In this document: positions 43,350-54,887 of the stretch, piece by piece | How positions within the stretch are numbered: the first letter of the stretch is position 1 | How the letters are laid out: every line of letters starts with the position of its first letter | Assembly: GCA_963822445.1 (NCBI GenBank) | Contig: CAWGHO010000002.1 | Coordinates: 1,312,001 to 1,376,000, forward strand | Direction: 5' to 3' | From: an uncultured Acidobacteriota bacterium | Lineage (GTDB): Bacteria > Acidobacteriota > Thermoanaerobaculia > Gp7-AA8 | Length of the DNA: 64,000 nucleotides | Notes under the pieces: generated by a model | The model's database searches: none | Told to the model about the DNA's origin: nothing | What the model saw: only the letters and a program-made list of their open reading frames with translations | Program-made: the position numbers and the translations under genes

Positions 43350-43379
43350 ATTTCTAGAAATATACTCCGTTTCTAGAAA
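43350..43379. promoter_or_regulatory. Tandem palindromic operator TTTCTAGAAA x2 (third copy at 43165-43174)
   Basis: Read directly; flanks a TATATT on the minus strand just upstream of the RHH gene. Confidence 0.65.
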
Positions 43380-43466
43380 AGCAGGATGGTGGCAAGCGCA
43401 GTTTTCATGAACCGCCGGTGCCGTATTTCCCTACCCGGACGCGTATCATGACGGCCGGTCCATTCC

Positions 43467-44174
43467 ATGACGGTCGCCCCCTTTCCGACGACGCGCCGCA
43501 GCGTCATCGTCGCGCTCTCCAGCGATGACTCCGCCGAGCGGACGCGCGCGTTCGACACGCTCGTCGCCTGCTACTGGAAGCCGCTCTACAAGTACGCGAG
43601 AGTGGCGTTCCGCAGGGCTCGCGAAGATGCCGAGGATCTCACCCAGGCGTTTTTCGCTCGTGCGTTCGAGAAGGAATCGCTCGCGAGTTACGACGCGGCG
43701 CGCGCCAGCTTCCGCACCTTCCTGCGATTGCTGTTCGATCGCTTTGCGTCGAACGAGTGGAAAGCCGAACAGGCGCTCAAGCGCGGTGGCGGCGAGGTCC
43801 ATCTCGACTTCGAGTCGGCGGAAGCGGAGATCGGTCGCGAAGCCTCGACCGTGACGCCCGACGAGTACTTTCAGCGCGAATGGGTGCGCAGTGTGTTCGC
43901 GCTCGCTGTCGACCGCCTTCGCGCGCGCTGCGAGGAAGAAGGAAAGCAGAAGCATTTCGCCGTCTTCGAAGCGTACGACCTCGATGACGACCGCGGAGTT
44001 TCCTACCGCGAGCTCGCCGTGCGCTTCGACATCCCCGAAACACAGGTCACGAACTACCTCGCCGCGATGCGCCGCCGTTTCCGCGAGACCGTTCTCGACG
44101 CGTTGCGCGAGGTGACCGCGACGGACCAGGAGTTTCGCGCGGAAGCTCGTGCGCTTCTGGGAGCGGGCGTTTGA
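43467..44174 (+). CDS. ECF RNA polymerase sigma factor
   Basis: YWKPLY, DAEDLTQAFF, FRTFL, sigma4 SYRELA. Confidence 0.9.
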   Translation: MTVAPFPTTRRSVIVALSSDDSAERTRAFDTLVACYWKPLYKYARVAFRRAREDAEDLTQAFFARAFEKESLASYDAARASFRTFLRLLFDRFASNEWKAEQALKRGGGEVHLDFESAEAEIGREASTVTPDEYFQREWVRSVFALAVDRLRARCEEEGKQKHFAVFEAYDLDDDRGVSYRELAVRFDIPETQVTNYLAAMRRRFRETVLDALREVTATDQEFRAEARALLGAGV

Positions 44175-45034
44175 CCTGGCTCTCCGACGACGCGGTCACG
44201 CGCCTGCGCGAAGTCGCCGAGCTGCCCGATCTCACCGGCACGCGCTACGAGATCGTCTCCGAGCTCGGTCGCGGCGGCATGGGCATCGTCTACGAGGTCC
44301 ACGACAACGAGCTGCAGCGCAACGTGGCCATGAAGGTTGCCACCGAGGATTGGTCGCGGGAGGCTCGGATCATCGCCAGACTCGAGCATCCCGGCATCGT
44401 TCCGGTGCATGACGCGGGTGAGCTTCCCGACGGCCGTTTCTTCTACACGATGAAGCTCGTGCGCGGTACGCGCCTCGATGAGTGGGCCAGGCAGCCGCAG
44501 AGCCTTACCCAGCGCCTGCGTCTCTTCGCGCGCATCTGCGAGCCGGTCGCGTTCGCGCACGCGAACGGCGTCATTCATCGCGATCTCAAACCGGAGAACG
44601 TGATGGTCGGCGACCTCGGCGCGGTGCTGGTCATGGATTGGGGCGTCGCTCGCGCATCCGAAGAGCATGACGGCGTGGTGGCGGGCACGTTCGGCTACAT
44701 GGCGCCGGAGCAGGCTCGCGGCGACCGCGCCGACCCGCGCTCCGACGTCTACGCCCTCGGCGCAATTCTGAAGTTCCTCCTCGCGAAAGCGCCGCGGCCT
44801 CTCGCGGCAATCGCGAACAAGGCCATGAGCGCCGATCCTGCCGCGCGTTACGCGGATGCCTGCGAGCTGCGCGATGACGTGCTGCGCTTTCTCGATGGCG
44901 AGCCGGTCACCGCGTATCGCGAATCGATCCTCGAGCGCGTGGCGCGATGGGCGGGTCGCAATCGCGTGCTGCTCGCACTCATCGCCGCGTACCTGCTCAT
45001 GCGGGTGATCGTCTTCCTCTCGTTCCGGCTCTAA
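44171..45034 (+). CDS. Hanks-type Ser/Thr kinase with a C-terminal TM
   Basis: LGRGGMG, VAMK, HRDLKPEN, DWG, GTFGYMAPE, SDVYALG. Confidence 0.93.
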   Translation: MTWLSDDAVTRLREVAELPDLTGTRYEIVSELGRGGMGIVYEVHDNELQRNVAMKVATEDWSREARIIARLEHPGIVPVHDAGELPDGRFFYTMKLVRGTRLDEWARQPQSLTQRLRLFARICEPVAFAHANGVIHRDLKPENVMVGDLGAVLVMDWGVARASEEHDGVVAGTFGYMAPEQARGDRADPRSDVYALGAILKFLLAKAPRPLAAIANKAMSADPAARYADACELRDDVLRFLDGEPVTAYRESILERVARWAGRNRVLLALIAAYLLMRVIVFLSFRL

Positions 45035-45079
45035 AGGATTTCAAGGCGATGCTGAATATGGCTTGTGGAGGACAGTGAC

Positions 45080-45454
45080 ATGAACAAGATCCTGGTGGGA
45101 GTCATCGCCGGCGCGCTCCTCGGCGCGATCGACGGAGCGACGGCCTGGTTCGAGCCGTCCGTGCGGCCGCAGATTCTGATGATCGTCTTTCTCTCGACGA
45201 TCAAGGGCGTCATCGCCGGCATCGCCGCGGGCTGGTTCGCCCGCAAAGTGCAGTCCGTGCCGAAAGGCATCGCCTTCGGTTTCGTGGTCGGTCTCGTGCT
45301 GGCGTTCCTGGTGGCGATGAACCCCGATCCGAACACCGGCGAGCATTACTGGTGGCAGATCATGCTTCCGGGCAGCGTCCTGGGCGGCGTCATCGGCTGG
45401 GCCACGCAGCGTTACGGACGTCCTGCATCATCCGTGCGCGCGGCGATGGCCTAA
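45080..45454 (+). CDS. Small 4-TM membrane protein
   Basis: GGAGG RBS; Gly-rich hydrophobic helices. Confidence 0.75.
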   Translation: MNKILVGVIAGALLGAIDGATAWFEPSVRPQILMIVFLSTIKGVIAGIAAGWFARKVQSVPKGIAFGFVVGLVLAFLVAMNPDPNTGEHYWWQIMLPGSVLGGVIGWATQRYGRPASSVRAAMA

Positions 45455-46815
45455 GCGATCCATACGGTCTTGATGTTCACGAACTCGCGGATTCCGTAGA
45501 CGCCGAGCTCGCGCCCGAACCCGGAGCGCTTCACGCCGCCGAACGGAATCCGCGGGTCAGACGCCACCATGGCGTTGACGAACACCAATCCCGCTTCGAT
45601 GCCGGCGATGAAGCGATCCGCCTCCGCGTCATCGTTCGTCCAGACGCTCGCGCCCAGTCCGAATTCGGTCGCATTGGCGAGCATGATCGCTTCCTCGACG
45701 TTCTTCACGCGAAACAGCGAGGCCACCGGCCCGAATGTTTCTTCGGCAAAAACCGGCGCTGAGTCCGGGATGTCGCGCAGCACCGTCGGCGCGTAGAAGT
45801 TCCCCCGCTCGCCGATGCGCTTGCCGCCGGTGAGCAGCGTCGCCCCGGCGTCGATGCTCGCCGCGACCTGCTTCTCCAGGTCGTTCACGATCTGGGGCAT
45901 GGCCATCGGGCCGACGTCGACCGATTCATCGAGCGGATCGCCGACCTTCAGCGATTCAATCGCGGCCACGAATTTCTTCTCGAACTCGTCGGCGACTTCT
46001 TCATGAACGATGAACCGTTTCGCGGCAATGCAGGACTGGCCGTTGTTGACGATCCGCGCGCGGATGGCCGTTTTCACCGCGGCTTCCATGTCCGCCGAAG
46101 CCATGACGATCAGCGGATCGCTGCCGCCCAGCTCCAGCACGCTCTTCTTGATCTGCTTCGCGGCGGCCGAAGCCACGCTCGCACCCGCAGCCTCGCCTCC
46201 GGTCAACGTTGCTGCTTTCACGCGGTCGTCATCGAGCAGCGCCGCAACCTGATCCGCACCGATCAGCAGGGTCTGAAATTCGCCCGCATCGAAACCGGCC
46301 TCGCGAAAGATGTCCTCGATCGCCAGAGCGCACTGCGGCACGTTCGAGGCGTGCTTGAGTAGCCCCACGTTGCCCGCCATGAGCGCGGGCGCGGCAAACC
46401 GGAAAACCTGCCAGAACGGGAAGTTCCACGGCATGACCGCGAGGATTGCGCCGAGGGGATCGAAGCGGACGTAGCTCGCCTTCGCGCCGGTCGCCACATG
46501 CTCCTCGGCCAGATAGGCCTCGCCGTGATCGGCGTAGTGCCGGCACACCATCGCGCACTTCTGCACCTCGGCCACCGAGGCCTTGATCGGCTTGCCCATC
46601 TCGATGGTGATCGTCCGCGCCAGCTCCTCCGCGCGTGCGTCGAGGATGTCCGCAACTCTGCGGAGGAGGCCGGCGCGCTCGGCAAACGAGCGTTTTCGAT
46701 TGACGACGAAGGCGTCCGCGGCGCGCTGCAGCTTCTGCTCGATGTCGACCGCGCTGAGAGGCTCGAAGGTGGCGATGGTCTCGCCGGTGGCTGGGTTGAC
46801 GGTGGCAATGGCCAT
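45451..46815 (-). CDS. NAD(P)-dependent succinate-semialdehyde dehydrogenase-type aldehyde dehydrogenase
   Basis: [34 protein letters not shown]. Confidence 0.93.
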   Translation of the reverse strand: MAIATVNPATGETIATFEPLSAVDIEQKLQRAADAFVVNRKRSFAERAGLLRRVADILDARAEELARTITIEMGKPIKASVAEVQKCAMVCRHYADHGEAYLAEEHVATGAKASYVRFDPLGAILAVMPWNFPFWQVFRFAAPALMAGNVGLLKHASNVPQCALAIEDIFREAGFDAGEFQTLLIGADQVAALLDDDRVKAATLTGGEAAGASVASAAAKQIKKSVLELGGSDPLIVMASADMEAAVKTAIRARIVNNGQSCIAAKRFIVHEEVADEFEKKFVAAIESLKVGDPLDESVDVGPMAMPQIVNDLEKQVAASIDAGATLLTGGKRIGERGNFYAPTVLRDIPDSAPVFAEETFGPVASLFRVKNVEEAIMLANATEFGLGASVWTNDDAEADRFIAGIEAGLVFVNAMVASDPRIPFGGVKRSGFGRELGVYGIREFVNIKTVWIA

Positions 46816-46882
46816 GACGGGCGAAATGATATTCGGCGGGTAGCGCGTCTTATCGCCACTGTCATAGCGGCTTGCACGAATT

Positions 46883-46926
46883 TGTAAACGGCTATTGACA
46901 AACGGCGTTAGTGAACGCACGTTTAC
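46883..46926. promoter_or_regulatory. Putative TetR operators
   Basis: GTGAACG-CA-CGTTTAC (46911-46926) and the related TGTAAACGGCTATTGACA upstream of tetR. Confidence 0.5.
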
Positions 46927-46932
46927 ATACGC

Positions 46933-47727
46933 ATGGGCCGTCCACCTCGCATTACGCGCCAACAGATCCTCGACGCCGCCAAGACAGCGTTCGCCGAGCG
47001 CGGCTTCGCCTCGACCACCCTCGCCGACATCGCCGGACACCTCGGCGTCACCCCCGCGGCGATCCTCCGCTACTTCGCCACGAAGCAGGAGCTGTTCACC
47101 GCGGCCATGAGCTCGCGCGAGCTGCGCTTCCCGAAAGCTCTCGAGGACCTCGTCCAAAGCGATCCCGCTGCCGACCCGCGCGTCGTCCTGCGCGGATTCG
47201 CGGAGCAGGTCGTGCCGTTCCTGCAGTCGGTCATCGGGTCGGCGATCGCCGTGCAGATGCACATGCGCGCGCGGCAGACCACGCTGGTCGTTCCGTTCGA
47301 TACGGCCGCGGAAGAAGCACCGCCGCGGCGCGCGCTCCGCCTGATCTCCGACTACTTCCGCCGGGCCATGAAGGCCGGTGTCGTCCGCGAGGCTGATCCC
47401 CGCGCGATGGCGCTGCTCTTCATCGGCCAGCTCCATTCCTACGTGCTCATTCACTCGGTGCTCAACGTCACTCCCGTTTATCCCCTCGATCGTTATCTCG
47501 ACACGCTCATCGGCCTCTGGACCGAAGGAGCGTTCGTCGCTGGAGTTGCAGATGGTGAAGAAAATCGTGCTCGCCCTGGTCGTTCTCGCCGGAGCAGCGG
47601 CGGCGCTGTTGTTCCTGCGAAAACAGAACGAGCCGAAGCCTCTGGTGCTGTCAGGAACCGTGGAGGCGCGGACGGTCAACGTGGGGTCGCTGGTCGGCGG
47701 CCGCGTAACGCGCGTCCACGTCGATGA
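46933..47727 (+). CDS. TetR/AcrR family regulator
   Basis: ILDAA...F.ERGF..TTLADIA..LGV...YF.TK.ELF. Confidence 0.88.
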   Translation: MGRPPRITRQQILDAAKTAFAERGFASTTLADIAGHLGVTPAAILRYFATKQELFTAAMSSRELRFPKALEDLVQSDPAADPRVVLRGFAEQVVPFLQSVIGSAIAVQMHMRARQTTLVVPFDTAAEEAPPRRALRLISDYFRRAMKAGVVREADPRAMALLFIGQLHSYVLIHSVLNVTPVYPLDRYLDTLIGLWTEGAFVAGVADGEENRARPGRSRRSSGGAVVPAKTERAEASGAVRNRGGADGQRGVAGRRPRNARPRR

Positions 47728-48496
47728 AGGTCATGCCGTCGTTCCCGGACAGGTGTTGGTAACGCTCGAAACGGAGACGCTGGATCGCCAGCTCGCCGAG
47801 CAACAGGCCGCCATTGCCACGGCACGCGCGACTCTGGCGAATGTCGCGGCCGGTCCGCGCGACGAAGAAATCCGGCGGGCCGCCGCCATTGCCGAGAACG
47901 ACGCGCGCAACGCGCGACATCAGGCGAAGCTCTTTCGCGAAGGCGTCGTGGCGAAGCAGTTGGCCGATGACGCCGCCACGAAAGCCAAGGCGTCCGCCGA
48001 GGACCTGCGCATGCTTCGGGAGGGCACTCGCCCCGAAGAGATCGAGACGGCGCGTGCGCAACTCGCGCAACAGGAGCGAAAGCTCGCCACGCTGCAGCAG
48101 CAACGCGACGAAACGCTCGTGCGATCGACGGTCGCCGGCACCGTGCAGTCGTTCGGACTTCGCCCCGGCGACATCGTGGCTCCGAATCAAACCGTTGCGG
48201 AGATCCTCGAGCCGCGGGAGCTCTGGGTCCGCGTCTACGTCCCCGAAACCCTCCTGGGCCTGGTCCGCACGAACATGCCGGTGAAGGTTCGCGTCGATAC
48301 GTTTCCGAACCTCTGGTTCAACGCGCGCGTCGCGAGCATCGCCAGCGAAGGCGAATACACACCGCGCAACGTGCAGACGCGCGCGCAACGCGCCGAGCAG
48401 GTGTTCGGCGTGAAGGTCGTGCTGAATCCCGATCCGCGTCTCAAGCCGGGGATGGCCGCCGAGGTCGATCTCGGCGTGGAAGGCAACGCGAAATGA
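47552..48496 (+). CDS. HlyD family efflux periplasmic adaptor (YbhG-like)
   Basis: SGTVEA, GGRV..V.VDEG, EYTPRNVQT, LKPGM. Confidence 0.9.
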   Translation: MVKKIVLALVVLAGAAAALLFLRKQNEPKPLVLSGTVEARTVNVGSLVGGRVTRVHVDEGHAVVPGQVLVTLETETLDRQLAEQQAAIATARATLANVAAGPRDEEIRRAAAIAENDARNARHQAKLFREGVVAKQLADDAATKAKASAEDLRMLREGTRPEEIETARAQLAQQERKLATLQQQRDETLVRSTVAGTVQSFGLRPGDIVAPNQTVAEILEPRELWVRVYVPETLLGLVRTNMPVKVRVDTFPNLWFNARVASIASEGEYTPRNVQTRAQRAEQVFGVKVVLNPDPRLKPGMAAEVDLGVEGNAK

Positions 48497-49446
48497 GCGC
48501 GGAGATCGGCATCGACGTGCAGAACGTGACCAAGCACTTCGGTCATGTCCAGGCGCTCAACGACGTCACGTTGCAGGTCCGCCGCGGCGAGATCTTCGGC
48601 CTCCTCGGCCCGAACGGCTCCGGTAAGTCGACGCTCATCCGCATCCTTTGTGGATTGCTGAAGCCGACCTCGGGGCGCGGGACCGTCGATGGGCTGGACG
48701 TCGAGCGCGAAGGCGAGGAAGTGCGCCGCCGCATCGGGTATGTCTCGCAAGCCTTCTCGCTCTATCGCGATCTGACCGTCGACGAGAACCTCGACTTCTT
48801 CAGCTCGATCTACGGATTGCGGGGCGCGGAGCGGGAGGAACGGAAGGAGTGGGCCATCGAGCTCACCCACATCGCGCCGTATCGCGATCGGCTCGCCGGC
48901 GCGCTCTCCGGCGGTTGGAAACAGCGTCTCGCGCTGGCCGCGGCGCTGATGCATCGCCCGCAGGTTCTCTTTCTCGATGAGCCGACCGCGGGCATCGATC
49001 CCGTCGCGCGACGCGAGCTGTGGGATCTCCTCTTCGGCCTCGCCGGACAGGGCGTGACCATGTTCGTGACCACGCACTATATGGACGAAGCGGAGCGCTG
49101 CGGGACGGTCGCGTACCTGTATCTCTCGCGGCTCATCGTCAGCGGGCATCCGGAGACGCTCAAGCAATTGCCGGAGGTCACGCCGCGCGGCATGCGGCGC
49201 GTGCAGGCGGAGTGTCGCGAAGGCGTAGCCTCGCTGATGGCCTCCGCGCGGACGCTGCCATACGTCCATGCCTCGACGATCTTCGGAACCTCGCTACATC
49301 TGCTCGTCGACGAGCACATCTCAAATCAGAAGATCGACGAGGACCTCGAAGCGTTCGGCATCAGCTCGGTGACCGTGCAGGACATCGCGCCGACGCTGGA
49401 AGATGTGTTCGTGCGGTTGACGGAACTCGAGGCGGCCAACGCATGA
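48493..49446 (+). CDS. ABC transporter ATP-binding protein
   Basis: GPNGSGKST, LSGG, LDEPT, TTHY. Confidence 0.95.
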   Translation: MSAEIGIDVQNVTKHFGHVQALNDVTLQVRRGEIFGLLGPNGSGKSTLIRILCGLLKPTSGRGTVDGLDVEREGEEVRRRIGYVSQAFSLYRDLTVDENLDFFSSIYGLRGAEREERKEWAIELTHIAPYRDRLAGALSGGWKQRLALAAALMHRPQVLFLDEPTAGIDPVARRELWDLLFGLAGQGVTMFVTTHYMDEAERCGTVAYLYLSRLIVSGHPETLKQLPEVTPRGMRRVQAECREGVASLMASARTLPYVHASTIFGTSLHLLVDEHISNQKIDEDLEAFGISSVTVQDIAPTLEDVFVRLTELEAANA

Positions 49447-50528
49447 GAGGGTTCACGGCGATCTTCCGCAAAGAGCTGACGCAGATGATGCGCGACCGGA
49501 CCACGCTGATGTTCGCGCTGGCCGTGCCGGTGTTCGAGCTGATTCTGTTCGGCGTGATCGACATGAACGCGAAGAACATCCCCACGATCGTGTTCGATCA
49601 GAGCCGCACCCAGGAGAGCCGCCGCCTGGTCGAGCAGTTCGGCGCGACGTCGTATCTGAAGCTCGTCGATTACGCGCAGTCACGCGGCGAGCTGCAGAAC
49701 GCGATCGTTTCCGGGCACGCGCAGGTTGCTGTCGAGATTCCGCCGGACTACGCGCGCGATCTCGCCTCGAATCGCGACGCGCATGTGCTGGTGCTGATCG
49801 ACGGATCGGACTCGAGCGTGGCCAATCAGGCCCTCGCCGCGGCGAACGGCGTGGTGCTGAGCGAAGGGATCCGCGGCACCAAACCCCGAGTGGAAGCGCA
49901 TCCGATCATGATGTTCAACCCGGACATGCGCAGCGCGAACCTGCTCATCCCCGGCCTGATCGCGATTCTCCTGACGTTCTCCGGAACGATCCTGTCCGCG
50001 TTTGCCATCGTGAAGGAACGCGAACGCGGCACGCTCGAGCAGCTCATGGTCACGCCCGTCTCACCGCTGGCCGTGGTGATGGGCAAGATCCTCCCGTACA
50101 TGGGCGTCGCGTACGGAACGCTGGTCATCGTGCTCCTGCTCATGCGCTTCCTCTTCCGTGTGCCCTTCAACGGAAGCGTGACCCTGCTCCTCGTCCTCTC
50201 GTCGGTCTACCTGCTGGCGTTGTTGTCGTTCGGCTTGCTGATCTCCTCGCGGGCCGGCTCCCAGATGGAAGCGATGCAGATGGCCATGGGGGTGATGCTG
50301 CCGTCAGTCCTGCTGTCGGGCTACGTGTTTCCGCTGGCGTCGTTGCCGGTGCCGTTGCGTGCGGTCTCATACGCCCTGCCAGCAACTCACTTCATCAAGA
50401 TCGCGAGAGGGATCGTGATTCGAGGGGCGACGTTTGCGGATTTGTGGGAACCGGTGGTCGCGCTGCTCGCGATCTCGGCGATCTTGATTGGGGTTAGTGC
50501 GCGGGCGTTCAGGAAGACGGTGACGTAA
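49443..50528 (+). CDS. ABC-2 type permease
   Basis: KERERGTLEQLMVTP; TM pattern. Confidence 0.92.
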   Translation: MRGFTAIFRKELTQMMRDRTTLMFALAVPVFELILFGVIDMNAKNIPTIVFDQSRTQESRRLVEQFGATSYLKLVDYAQSRGELQNAIVSGHAQVAVEIPPDYARDLASNRDAHVLVLIDGSDSSVANQALAAANGVVLSEGIRGTKPRVEAHPIMMFNPDMRSANLLIPGLIAILLTFSGTILSAFAIVKERERGTLEQLMVTPVSPLAVVMGKILPYMGVAYGTLVIVLLLMRFLFRVPFNGSVTLLLVLSSVYLLALLSFGLLISSRAGSQMEAMQMAMGVMLPSVLLSGYVFPLASLPVPLRAVSYALPATHFIKIARGIVIRGATFADLWEPVVALLAISAILIGVSARAFRKTVT

Positions 50529-50540
50529 ACTTACGGACCG

Positions 50541-50762
50541 ATGACTCGGACGTTCACAGCTGTAATTCAACCGGCAGAGGAAGGCGGTTACGTCGCCTGG
50601 GTTGAAGAGCTTCCGGGCGCGAACAGCCAGGGAGAGACGCTCGAAGAAACTCGGGAGAACCTGAAAGAGGCGATTCAGCTCATCCTCGAGGTCAACCGCG
50701 AGCGAGCCCTCGAAAACGTCGACGAGTCGATCGTGATCAGGGAAGAGATCGTCGTCGCGTAA
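50541..50762 (+). CDS. HicB family antitoxin (short form)
   Basis: EEGGYVAWVEELPGANSQGETLEE..ENLKEAI. Confidence 0.9.
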   Translation: MTRTFTAVIQPAEEGGYVAWVEELPGANSQGETLEETRENLKEAIQLILEVNRERALENVDESIVIREEIVVA

Positions 50763-50818
50763 TCAGCCCGGGCTGCGAACGCCGAGGTCGCGGACCAGCG
50801 TGCAAAGGTCCCGACGCT

Positions 50819-50822
<4 letters not shown>
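50763..50822 (-). pseudogene. Possible collapsed hicA remnant (19 codons)
   Basis: GTG-KRRDLCTLVRDLGVRSPG-stop resembles the N- and C-termini of short HicA toxins. Confidence 0.35.
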
Positions 50823-52219
<1,397 letters not shown>

Positions 52220-52266
52220 TTATCGTGCACCAGCCTTTGGCAATCAGCGCAGCCGGCCGTGCCGGC

Positions 52267-52806
52267 TCAGAGTGTCTCCACGGTGATGTTGTCGTTCGTG
52301 TAGATGCAGATCTGCGAGGCGACGAGCATCGATTCCTTCGCGATCTCCGCCGCCGGCATCTGCGTGTGCTTCATCAGCGCGCGGGCCGCGGCGAGCGCGA
52401 AGGAACCGCCGGACCCGATCGCCAGGATGCCGTCGTCGGGCTGGATCAGGTCGCCGGTGCCGGAGATCAGGTAAGCCTTCTCGTTGTTCGCCACGATCAG
52501 CATCGCCTGCAACTGGCGCAGGTACTTGTCCATCCGCCAGTCCTTGGCCAGCTCCACGACGGAGCGCTCCATGTTGCCGCGGTACTCCTCCAGCTTGGCC
52601 TCGAAGCGCGAGAAGAGCGCGAACGCGTCGGCGGCGGAACCAGCGAAACCGGCCAGGATCTTGTCGTGGTACATCCGGCGCACTTTCGCGGCGCCGTGCT
52701 TCATGACCGTGTTGCCGATCGTGACCTGGCCGTCTCCGGCCATCGCCACCTGCCCGTCGCGGCGAATGCACACGACCGTCGTAGCGTGAATGCGGGGTTC
52801 TTCCAT
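52267..52806 (-). CDS. hslV: HslV protease subunit
   Basis: HATTV, GDGQVT, GSGG, ICIYTN. Confidence 0.98.
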   Translation of the reverse strand: MEEPRIHATTVVCIRRDGQVAMAGDGQVTIGNTVMKHGAAKVRRMYHDKILAGFAGSAADAFALFSRFEAKLEEYRGNMERSVVELAKDWRMDKYLRQLQAMLIVANNEKAYLISGTGDLIQPDDGILAIGSGGSFALAAARALMKHTQMPAAEIAKESMLVASQICIYTNDNITVETL

Positions 52807-52822
52807 GGCGCCGCGGATCGTA

Positions 52823-53551
52823 TCAAGAGAGCGTGAACTCGGCCGGCACCGGAGCGGTCAACGTTCCACCGAACTCATCGTGCTCGAGCTTCCACGCGTG
52901 CAGCATCATCCGCGGCGCGGGCATCGACGAGCCGTAGCGGCGGTCGCCGACCACCGGCCGCTCGATCGATTTGAGGTGGATGCGGATCTGGTGCATGCGT
53001 CCGGTCAGGATCTCGGCCTCGACGAGGGTCGTGTCGCCGATCTCCTTCAAAGGCCGCACGATCGTGTGCGCGTCTTTGTCGCCGATCGGCGACTCGATGG
53101 TCAGATCGTGCGGAATGGCGCCTTCGATCACGGCCAGGTAGGTCTTTTTCACCGATCGCGTGGCGAACAGCTCCGAGAGCCGCGCCGCCGCCGCCTTGTT
53201 CCGCGCGAACACGACCACGCCGCTCGTGCCGGTGTCGATGCGATGGACCACGAAGACCTCGCGATACTTCGCCCGCAACAACTCTTCGAGCGAGCGGTTC
53301 TTCCGATCGCGCGCCGGTTGCGTGGCCATTCCCACCGGTTTGTCGACGGCAATCCAGTCGGCGGTTTCTTTGATGATCGTCAGGTCGGCGTCGCCTTCGA
53401 TGAGCGTGATGCGATCGGCGCCGGATACTTCTCGGGATGCAACGGCGACCGGACGATCGTTTACGAGGACGCGCCTTTGTGAAATGAGCTCCCGCGCCTT
53501 GCGGCGCGAGAGCTCAGGATGACGGGCTGCGAGAGCCTGGTCGAGGCGCAC
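52823..53551 (-). CDS. RluA family pseudouridine synthase with S4 domain
   Basis: [29 protein letters not shown]. Confidence 0.92.
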   Translation of the reverse strand: MRLDQALAARHPELSRRKARELISQRRVLVNDRPVAVASREVSGADRITLIEGDADLTIIKETADWIAVDKPVGMATQPARDRKNRSLEELLRAKYREVFVVHRIDTGTSGVVVFARNKAAAARLSELFATRSVKKTYLAVIEGAIPHDLTIESPIGDKDAHTIVRPLKEIGDTTLVEAEILTGRMHQIRIHLKSIERPVVGDRRYGSSMPAPRMMLHAWKLEHDEFGGTLTAPVPAEFTLS

Positions 53552-53555
53552 GGCC

Positions 53556-54626
<1,071 letters not shown>

Positions 54627-54887
54627 CAGCCTGCTCCTTCAATTCCGGCAACTCACGGGCGGCTTTGCCGCCGTGGTTGCTCGCCGCGCAGCAGCCCGCG
54701 CTCTCGCGCGGCTGAGCGGCGGCGTTTCGACGTTAGAAATGACGTTTGTAAGCGCTGGAAATGGTCTTTCGGACGGGACATTCGTGTGGTGAAGCGAGTG
54801 TAAAGGAGCGATGTGGAGCGCGCAAGAAATGGCCGTTTTGCTGGCATTTTTGCGCGCGGACTCTACAACGTGGAGAATGCCGGGCCA

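Noticed and set aside
37502-45454. Integrase-driven island at tRNA-Asn
   Set aside because: I found no integrase and no duplicated tRNA 3' end in the window.
46816-47679. 742-aa aldehyde dehydrogenase fusion
   Set aside because: The extension is the antisense of tetR; the real start is MAIATVN at 46815.
54627-54887. LexA/SOS box upstream of recA
   Set aside because: No convincing match to the SOS box types I know.
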